From positions 232,190,001 through 232,254,000 of the forward strand of contig OZ024742.1 of the NCBI GenBank assembly GCA_964016885.1: 64,000 nt of DNA, in the 5' to 3' direction. This document shows, in pieces, positions 54,901-64,000 of this stretch. Position 1 is the stretch's first letter; each line of letters starts with the position of its first letter. Made by a program: the position numbers and the translations under genes. Source of the DNA: Eledone cirrhosa (Eukaryota). The notes below the pieces were generated by a model. It saw only the letters and a list, made by a program, of their open reading frames with translations. It had not been told where the DNA came from and searched no databases.

Positions 54901-57900
54901 TGGTATCAATCCCACGGAACTCAACATTGCTCTCACTGATCATTTCTACACATTTCTCCACAGCAAAATCCACGTCAATAGATGGATACAGGGACACAAC
55001 ATCCATACTACCTATTATGCAGTTTGTTAGGTCCCTAGATCGGTTACCCTCGCCGATTCTGCTGAGGAGGTCCTCCGTGTTGTCACATACATCTGGGGAC
55101 ATTTCAATGATGGGGTGTATGATCAGGGAGAGGAAGTAGGACAGTCTGTAGTTACTAGCAATGTTAGCCCCACAGACTGGCCGTGTTGGTGGTCTCGTGA
55201 CAGGGTCACTGCCCGTTTTATGGTCTTTTCGAAGCCCATACAACGCCGGCACGTCATTGTTCCAGGCCTGGAAGTTGTTGGCAGTTGTTGGCAGTCCTTT
55301 TGTTTGACTGCATTATATTCGTCCACATCACCATGAGCATTGAGGGCTTTTTCTCTATCCTCATGCTCCTGTGGTGTTACCTCTCTTGTGTTAGTGATGT
55401 GGGGTTGCATTGCCTGGATGTAGTTTGGCAGGCTGTCAACCGACATTCTGCCAGACTTGTCTGTTGGAAAGCATGCTATCTCTCCATTACGCGAGCGCTG
55501 CATGAGCTTACACAAGGCATTTGCAGATTTTTCTCCCAGTTGCTGAATAAGTTAGTTATATTACTAAATCCTTCCAAATTCTTGATTATTTTCAACGTTA
55601 TTTGAAAAGTGGTCAGAGACCATGGGAAAGATGAGGAGAAATCTGATTTTACAGGAGGTGAAGAAAGAAGTGGATTCCAGAAGACTCCGGAAGGCAGTTC
55701 AGCAGAGCCAATAGGGTCAGTGGACGAGGTGGGGAGGTGCACTCCAGATGTGTCTCAGTTAGAATGACTTGTGGCATGTGGCACCTCTCAGAATTAGTTT
55801 TATCCTCAAATCTGTCTATGATCTCTTTCCCTCGAAGGCAAATCAGATAACCCCAGGTTCCACTCTGCTAAGCTAGACAGACAGTGGAATACGTTCTGAG
55901 CTCATGCAGAGTAGCACTAACCCAGGGAAAATACATGTGGAGACACAATCAAATGCTTAAAGAGATCGTACATATGATAAGTATGGCAAAAGTGAAACCT
56001 GTAATATGCGAATCTCCAAAATTTTATATGGCAGGAGGCAGAAAATCATGGCCAGGAACAGCTATGCCATACAGGGCAGAGGAATCGAGTCTTCTGAATG
56101 GTTTGGATGACTGAGAGAGTATAGCAGGCCTCCCGGGATCAGCAAAACAACCAGAAATCATCAGAAAGAGTGGTTTGAGGCTGGATACATACTTCATTCC
56201 AGTTCATTATTCTCATAGGGAATACCCAGCGCACTCATGGCTGCTGACAACAAGGTCATATTTCTGCTACAAGTGTCCAGCAAGAAGACCCACTTGGCCC
56301 ATTCCTCTTTGCACTGGCAGTTGACAACATTCCTCACTCTGTCCAGTCGCCCTTCAACGTCTGATACCTGAACGAGGCATCTCTGGGTGGCTCGACTGAG
56401 TCGGTGGTTGACGACCTTCGGCAAATCATCCCAGCTCTAAATCTCCTCGGACTTGAGATCACCCATCCATATCAACAAAATCTTCATACAGTTTAAATAC
56501 ACAATATGCCTCTGATATCCAAATGGCTAAATGGTAGTAGAAGAGCATCCAGGAGTCATGACCTGGATGCGGCCCAGCCCTCTTAGAGTATAAGAAGTTA
56601 AGGTCCGAAACACTTGCTTATGATTCTTCTCTGAAGACCTTCTGCTGTCCAGCTCTCCTGAGAGTTTCTTACCACCATTAGAAATGTGGTAACAAAAAGG
56701 TTAATATATTTGACAAATACACCCCAAAAAAGTTTTTAAAAATCTATGGAAATGATAATGAAAAGAAATTTTTTTACACTTACGCGTCTTCCAACAATAA
56801 CAATGTATGGATAACCAATTCGTTTAGCTTCATAAAATCTTTTCCCAATTGTCATGTGTAGCCTATCATCAATGACAACTTCTCCATGGATGTGTGGTAA
56901 ACATGTAAGCTGGTCATTGAGTGAAACAGCTAAATTAAAGGTTTCTTCACTCCTGTAGCCTTCCTAGAATCACAGAGAATTAAATCACTTTAGAATAAAC
57001 AAATACTTGTGATAATTTAATCATTTCAAATTTTAATGCTTCTTACAACAAGCTGTTTTCTGCACTGTTTTTTTTAAAATTATTATTTACTTTCTCTGAC
57101 TTCGCAGATGATATGGCAAAGAAAATAAGGATAGGTAGCAATGCAGTCAAACCTTCAGCGGTGAGGGGGATGTTATTACCTGGATTAGAAAGATAAAATT
57201 GATTACCATACTGCAGGGCATCAAAAATATGGCTGGCCTCATGGCACTGCATTAGCATTATACCTTGAAATGGACCAGACAGAGCAATTGAATGCAGAGA
57301 AGATAGAGCAGTGCCTCAAGGAAGCGTTCACTGAGGGATCTTATGCTGCTTTCGCCAAGCTAGGCAAAGCAAGATGGATGGGAGAACAGGTGGATATGTT
57401 CATGACGGAAATCTGGAGGTTGGCTACGCTAGCCGAATTCACAGGAAAGAATCACAAAAGGGCTGTGCTGATGGTGTTTGTGAACGGTTTCCCCAAAGAA
57501 ATTTTGGTGAGGCTCCAACAATTGTTGGGCAACAACAATATGGCCATAAGAGAGCTAACCACACAGGCCCGTATAGTGACACGAGGCAGTGAACATCTGC
57601 TCAGGAAGATTCAGTCTGGACACATGTGATGATACAAAGCTTTCAACTCTAGGTCCACAACCATCTTAGACCTATTACTATGTAATCCTGCTATTTACAA
57701 TAGCAGGATATGATACCTGTGAGTTATCAAATGTGTTAATGTATTATTTTATATTCTTTACTATGTTTTCCACATTCTATGTGCATTATTTATGTTGTAG
57801 TTGTGTCGTATGTGAATCTTAGTATTTTTGTCTTCTCCATGTGTGGTAAATTTATGTTGTTGTGCATGATAATTGTCTGAACGTAATGTTTCCTGGTGTT

Positions 57901-60900
57901 GTTGGTATGATTGTATATAGTGGAGTTAGATATTACTTTAAGTCTGCTGTTTTGGAGTTGTCTGTAAAATGGTGGAATGATATAAGTGTGAAGTTACCTA
58001 CATATGAGAATGTATCTAATATTACAGAAAGAGAAAGAGAGAAATGGCTACATATTGTTGTTGCCTATTGTGTCTGCTCTTGAAATATATTGCCTTGCTT
58101 TTACTTTAAACAAATTCAGGTAAAATTTTAGAAATGATATCTTAAAGATTCATTAAAATTCATTTAAATGACTATGCATTTCTACATGGCTCATTTAAAA
58201 ATCATTGTTATTATCATCATTGTTTTTATGTCCACTTCTCTATACTGGTATGGGTCAGATAGACTTGCTGACACCAACCCTTTTAGTCTCTTCTTACAGC
58301 AAGCAGTGATATGATATATATATTCTGAAAACTGGGATACTTATGGCAAGATTAAAAATTGAAGCTTAATTGCACTAAAAAATAAAATATAGAAGAGTCT
58401 AATAGCTAGAGGTGATGGTGGAAACACCTTCATAGTAACTTTATAGGATGGCATCCTTATCTTGATGGTTCAAGAGAATCAAGATGATTTCTCAGCACAG
58501 TCTTATTTTCTGGATCAAATACTGAACAAAACTAACCTTCTGAGGAATGATACAAACTTGATAGGGAGCGATGATACTTGGCCATGTAATTTGACGATCA
58601 GAAGACATAATTTCAATTGCAGCTTGAAGAATTCGAGTTACTCCCAAGCCAAAACAACCCATCTCAGCATAACTTGAAAATAATAAAATAAAATACTTAC
58701 AGAAAATATTTTAACAGTAATTAGACTGTTTTTTTTCTAATTGGGAAGTTATTATTTACAAAAGTCATAGATATTGTTTACAGAGAACATATAGATATTG
58801 TTTACAAAAGATATAGACAGACCAGCTAACCTCTAAAAACCCAAACAGAGAGAAATAAGGTAAAATAGAGAGATTTTACATAATGAAAGCTATACCCATT
58901 TTCACAAGAGAGAACATCTCACCCACTCTAAAGTGGGTGGGAGATCTCCCCCATCAGATGGGGAGAGTTGACAGGTCTGCATAGATATTATTTACAAAAG
59001 ACATACATATTGTTTACAGAGGACATATAGATATCCTTTATATAAGACATATAGATTTCCTTTATATAAGACATATAGATTTCCTTTATATAAGACACAT
59101 AGATATTGTTTACATAGGACATATAGATATTTGCTGAGGTATTTTATATTTATTTTATGAACACTAGAATCAAAAGGACTCAGTGTGAACCTGGCAAAGG
59201 TCAAAGTTTTAGTAAGTAGGAAAGACAAGACTTAAATTCCTTCAAGGAATTGTCTGTGCTTAATATGTAGAAAAGGAGTAGGTAGAAACGCCATATAATG
59301 TACACCAGTGTAGTGGAATTGTTAGCAAGTTAACAGAAAAGGAAAACTTTGTATGTGGGAGATGCCATGGATAGATAATAGTAAGAACCCCAGTGAAATA
59401 AGCTATTGAACCCCAGGAAGGCAGCAGAGAAGTAGTCGATAGCTTCTGCCACATAGTGACCTAATTAACAGTAGAGGAGGTTGCTCTAAAAGCATAGTAG
59501 CTAAAATAAGAACAGGGTAGAAAAAGTTCATGCAGCTACTAACTTTGTTTACAACAAAGGGATTTTCTCTCCAAGCTAAGGGTAGATTGTATGATGCCTA
59601 CACAGACTAATGCATACTATTATAAATTTTTCAGGACTTAGGTAAAAGGGCCTGTTCAAAAAATATATTGCAGCCTCCATCTCATGCTGTAAAAACTGGT
59701 GATGGGCCTGCGACCTGTCCTGAGAGGCATGGGATGGATGTACAAAGATTGCATATCTCGAGACACCAAAGGGGATCCAGAAGGAAGCAAATTGTAACCA
59801 TTGGAACCTGGAACATCATAACCTTAACAGGTAAGGAGCAGGAACTAGTGGAAGAGGCTAGATGCTTCCAGCTAGATATAGTCAGTTTCCTCAACAAAGT
59901 TCTATGGCTCTGGTACTTTAGATTTGGATAGAGGATAGAAAGTACATTATTCAGGTGTGGTACCAGAAATGACTGCACAGGCAGGAGTGAGGATATTCAC
60001 AAGTCCCCAGCTGTCAGAATGTGTTATGAACTGGATCCCATTAGGAGGGAGGACTTGCCTCTTGAAGCTTAGGCAACATAGCCAACCGAATAATCACACT
60101 TCAGCGGGTCTTTGAGGAATTGTAGGAGTACTGCCAAGATGTGTATTCTTGCTGCACAGCAGGAATGAAAATCAGTGCTGTGAAGACTGAGGCATTCGTC
60201 CTCGCAAGGAAACCTGCACAGTGCACTCTACATGTGAATGGAGTTCCACTGAAGCAGGTAGAAAAGTACCTCAAGGCCATGTTCACAAGTGATAGAAAGC
60301 AGAAGGCTGAATTAAGTGTAAGAATTGCAGGAGCTGGTGCAGTGATGTGTTAGCTTCAATATTCTGTAATTGGTCAACTCATGCCTTGTGAATGAAATTA
60401 AGTAGATGGAAACTGTTTTAAAGCCTATCAGATAAACTGTACCAGTAATTCAAAATGCCAGCCGTGTCACACATTGTGTCTCGCTGAATCACCTTGAGAA
60501 TTATGTTAATAGTACACATGCCTATGGAATGCACAGCCACTTACATGTTAATTTCATGAGTAGGTTGTTCCACTGATCAAACAACTGGAACATATTGTCA
60601 AAACTGACAGAGGAGGTCTATTCCTTCTTAATCTTATGAGATTTCACCTTGAGGCTTAATATTTCCATGACTATGCTATCTATCTCATTTCTAGGTCTTC
60701 TTTCTTCTTCTACAATGAATTACTTCCATCTTTAATTCAAGGAAAATTCCTATTAGTATGCATTAGTCTGTTTCAAATGTACAATTTTTCTCAAAATCCA
60801 ATGTATAGCTTATCGTTAAAATGTTCATTTTGATTCTTTCTGAAGTAACCATTATTAGGGCATGAAATCATAAAATTGATAGGATAGATATAATCTGATG

Positions 60901-63233
60901 AGGGAAGTCCCACAAATTTTATGGTAAAAGAATTTATTTATTTTATTATTTTGTCAAAGAGGGAAAAGCAGCACCCATGATCCTTTTTGGGGCCTCCAAA
61001 CTGATGGGGATAGGAAATATTGAGGAAGATATCCTCAAACTGAAGATCTAGTCCAAATGCTTGCAAGAGAGTGCTAAATAACAGGATTTGAACTCAGAAT
61101 ACCAAACATTGAAAACATACTAAAAATATAACATATGAGCAAAATGTGGGCTTTCAACTCATCAGAAAGGCAGTAACTTTAAATAAGAATTGATTTGAAC
61201 TGTAAGAATTTATCCAATAGTAGAGATTATAACACCAACTTGGTATATAAATAATAATGAAATTACCATATCTTTTTATCATTGTCGACATAAGTTGCAT
61301 TGAATAAAGATGAATACTTTTGACTAAGGTAGAAAGAATGACCAACCTGAAAAAGACATTAAAAATAATAATAATAATAATAAAAATAAACACTGATGAA
61401 TAGACTGAAACTTCATTAACTTATAAGAAACCTTTTAAAATGTACAAAACTAGATATATTAGCAGACAGTATTGATTATTAACTTTTATCAGCCTTGATT
61501 AAGCAAAATATGCACTTGTTTATGGTCTCAAGTAAAGAGAGGCTTAGCATAGTTTTTTACATACAGCATATGTGAGTTTTTTCCACATACTCTATATGGG
61601 GTACCATAATCTCTTCATAGAATTCCGTTGCAACTAGTTGTATTACTAAGTACTACTGACAGCTAAATGTCTTCGGAAATTTGTCCTGGCTCTCTGTGAT
61701 CTGTGTTCAAAACCCACCAAAGTCAACTTGGTCCTTCATCCTTTTGAGGTTGATAAATAAAGTACCAGTTCAATACTGGGGTTGAGTTTTCCTCTATATC
61801 TCTTTCTCTATTTCTCTGGAAAATATTAGCTGCGTTCTTACCTGGAGAGGGAAGGACTCTGCGAGGTTTAAATGCCCTGGACATCACCCCTAGGAATCCA
61901 TCAGAAGTCAAGGCTCTGTGGTATGGAATGTTTAGCTCCAGATCAGCCTTGATAGAGTAGACCTATGACTAATGATATTCCAGCTGTGACCATCCCATTT
62001 TCTTTCTAGATTAGGATGGTAGGATATGATTTGAGGAATATTTGGTTGCCATTTCTAGTAGGTCAAGCAATCATGTACAGGCTCCATTGTTGGCTCAATG
62101 CTAATGTGTGTTAAGAGGTGATGGTCTAAGAAATTAAAGGAGTGTGCTAATGAACATTTGAGACAGAGTAGTTTGAGGTGTTATAAAATGAAGGCTAGAG
62201 CAAATACACAATTCATACAACATCACCATTTAATGTCTATTTTCCATGCTTACGTAGGTTAGACAAGCTGTCATGTTATCAAGCCAGATAGATCAAGTGA
62301 CTATGTCTTGCTCATACAATCTGTTTTTGGCTTGGTTTCCTATGGCTGGATGCTGTTCCTAACACTAACCACCTTACAGAGTTGATTGGGTGATTACAGT
62401 TGTGTCACCATGGTTGACTGGATGTTCTTTTTTGTGGTATCACCAGCATGACCACCTTATAGTGTGGACTGGGTGCTTTTTGCCATGGCACAAAGCACGA
62501 CCACTTTACAGGATGAATTGTGTACTTTTTTGTTGTGAAACCAGCATGACCATTTTACAGGGTAGATTGGGTGCATTTTTGTCATGGCACCAACATGACC
62601 ATCTTATAGGGTGGATTGGGTACTTTTATATCATGGCACCAGCATTACCACTTTATAGGGTAGACTGGGTATTTCTTTTTTCATGATACCAGAACAACTG
62701 CTTTACAAGTTGGACTGGATCCTTTTTGGTTTAATGAATATTAGTAACTGAATGGAGAATCTTAACAAAATTTCTAATAATCATTTACTTCTACTGACAA
62801 GAAATCTTTATCCATTCCAGTATAGAAAGGTGTTTACCACAAAGGCACATGTTCTATTTTAGTTAGTAGATTCTCCTTCCTTACTACTGTTCCTTATCTA
62901 TAGTAGGTGACATTTCCCAAACATCTGCCAGTTAGGTGAACTAAGGCATGTAGTTGTCCACATACAATGAAATTCTTATAATCAACTTGGACTTAACAAG
63001 TATGAGTTGGCAGGCAAATATTTATCTACTTAGCCATTATTTCTCAATTTACAGATCTTTACAAGAGAGGAACAGGAAATTTTGATGTTCATGTCATTCT
63101 CAATAACACCTAGCAACATAAATTTAAACTTTAAAATGACAATGTTTTCATAGAAAGGTTATCTATACCTCAATACCAGCTGAAGTTTTACATTCTGATC
63201 CACATTCAGGACAAGTAGCTGATTTGTCTTTGT
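51867..63233 (-). CDS. PARS2: Mitochondrial prolyl-tRNA synthetase, last five coding exons (5' part beyond the right edge)
   Basis: complement(join(51867..51977,56784..56963,58537..58672,61267..61346,63169..63233)). [15 protein letters not shown]|[12 protein letters not shown]...; motif 3 [17 protein letters not shown]; [10 protein letters not shown]; anticodon domain [31 protein letters not shown]|[10 protein letters not shown]. Confidence 0.95.
52079..52273. mobile_element. piggyBac-type MITE family B, intact copy
   Basis: TTAA-CCCTTTAGCATT...AATGCTAAAGGG-TTAA. Confidence 0.9.
52985..55520 (-). mobile_element. Penelope-like retroelement (RT + GIY-YIG), Naiad-like, 5'-truncated, with 3' pLTR
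   Basis: RT: [46 protein letters not shown]. Linker [15 protein letters not shown]: VVYSIRC...[16 protein letters not shown]...[19 protein letters not shown]. Frameshift near 54410. Confidence 0.92.
53113..53155 (-). ncRNA. Hammerhead ribozyme motif in the Penelope pLTR
   Basis: GUCA-CUGAAGA-G-GUCAC(AGAAUGU)GUGAC-GAAA-GAAC-UU-UGAC, about 200 nt after the ORF stop. Confidence 0.65.
55600..56670 (+). mobile_element. HERO/NeSL-like RLE non-LTR retrotransposon, 3' fragment
   Basis: KAVQQSQ*GQWTRW...[24 protein letters not shown] and [27 protein letters not shown]. Confidence 0.8.
56215..56490 (+). mobile_element. CRE-type RT fragment embedded in the HERO remnant
   Basis: [42 protein letters not shown], matching the GVQQGDPLGP..F...WYLDD.TLGG consensus. 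Confidence 0.7.
56784..56963 (-). CDS. PARS2: PARS2 exon n-1 (anticodon-binding domain)
   Basis: ctag|[60 protein letters not shown]|gtaagt. Confidence 0.95.
57105..57630 (+). mobile_element. Gypsy LTR retrotransposon gag fragment
   Basis: [20 protein letters not shown]..., [48 protein letters not shown]. No LTRs or pol seen. Confidence 0.7.
58537..58672 (-). CDS. PARS2: PARS2 exon n-2 (class II motif 3)
   Basis: caag|[46 protein letters not shown]|gttagt. Confidence 0.95.
58755..59135. repeat. ~22-bp minisatellite interrupted by a MITE (58818-58979)
   Basis: ACATATAGATATTGTTTACAGAGG-like units on both sides of the MITE. Confidence 0.85.
59150..59610 (+). mobile_element. RTE LINE fragment (Zn-finger region)
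   Basis: [31 protein letters not shown]; homologous to 42200-42750. Confidence 0.75.
59640..60372 (+). mobile_element. RTE LINE, internally deleted (APE N-terminus joined to post-RT region)
   Basis: [20 protein letters not shown], then [11 protein letters not shown]...[10 protein letters not shown] matching 17095-17310. Confidence 0.8.
61267..61346 (-). CDS. PARS2: PARS2 exon n-3
   Basis: ttcag|[26 protein letters not shown]+TG|gtaatt. Confidence 0.92.
62220..62720 (-). mobile_element. Tandem-unit SINE-related element (same family as 28560-29012)
   Basis: RTE-type tail at 62220-62260 and ~7 units CACCAGCATGACCACTTTACAGGGTGGACTGGGTGCTTTT. Confidence 0.78.
63169..63233 (-). CDS. PARS2: PARS2 exon n-4
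   Basis: ttcag|[23 protein letters not shown]|gtatag. Confidence 0.9.
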
Positions 63234-63877
63234 CTGAAATAAGAAATAAGACATTTTTAATTGATGACATAAAAGTAAGGAGCAATTTGAATATAACACC
63301 AAGACTATTTAATCAATCTATAATCAGGAATGGTCTATTGTCATCTGACTGAGTGGCATTTTTCTCTTTGATCACAAGTACTTTTCTACTGTGTTTTCAT
63401 AAGCTTTAACAAAATTTCATGAAATATTTTTATTCAGATATTGCTGCTGTCCTTTGAAGATGCATGCTTTGGATGTTTTCAGTTAAGTAGATACTGCTTT
63501 TTCATAAGATGAGTTTAGAACAATATTCTGGATTTTTTTTTTCATTGAAGACTGTTGACAGAAAATAACCTGAGTAATTGGATGGGAATTTAAATATTTT
63601 AATTTAAATAAATCTCATTTAAATAGCACTTCAAAATTGATGAAATTTTAATGCTTTTAAGGTTTTATATTACTTAAAAAAGTTGATACTTGTGAAGTAA
63701 TATGAAGAATTGGCTTTCAAGTAACACAAAAAAAAAATGTTCATTGTTTAAAAAATTTACTTCAATTAAATAAATCAAATAATATCTGAGGATAATAAAC
63801 ACTTAAAACAATGTAAATACAGTATATAGAAAACATTCAGAGGATAATAGGGGGGAAACTTTGATAGTCAACAACCC

Positions 63878-64000
63878 ATCATCATCATCGTTTAACGTCT
63901 ATCTTCCACACTAGCATAGGATAGACAGGAATTGTCCCACTTGAGGCAAGATTGATCGGGTGACCGTGTCTCACTCGTATAGGACTATATCTGGCAGCTT
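63878..64000 (-). mobile_element. RTE LINE 3' tail, continues off the right edge
   Basis: Near-identical to 41671-41790. Confidence 0.85.

Noticed and set aside
56600-56642. Hammerhead-like GAAAC...CTGAAGA in the HERO 3' end
   Set aside because: Stems I-III cannot be paired around the core; there is no valid stem II closing pair.

Overview
AT-rich, repeat-dense eukaryotic DNA, most likely an octopus or related coleoid cephalopod. The taxon is inferred from the SINE/RTE/MITE repertoire and cannot be proven from this window. Three spliced genes were reconstructed by hand from GT-AG boundaries and phase continuity; the ORF track mostly misses them. (1) A complete WBP4/FBP21 gene on + (9 coding exons, 11660-30475, 327 aa, matrin-type zinc finger plus one WW domain). 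(2) The last five coding exons of mitochondrial prolyl-tRNA synthetase PARS2 on - (63233-51867). (3) Between them, an unrecognised 4-coding-exon gene on - (48272-33031) encoding an 83-aa precursor: signal peptide, a ~30-aa mature region with one 17-residue Cys-Cys ring, and a GPI-signal-like hydrophobic tail. This third gene is the best candidate for something undescribed. The rest is transposon debris: Helitron, Tigger, mariner, hAT/Buster, piggyBac-type MITEs, RTE, Proto2/CR1-like, CRE, HERO, Penelope (Naiad-like) with hammerhead ribozyme motifs, Gypsy gag and tRNA-derived SINEs. Several insertion and repair events can be read directly from the sequence. There is no CRISPR array and no genuine rRNA or tRNA gene.
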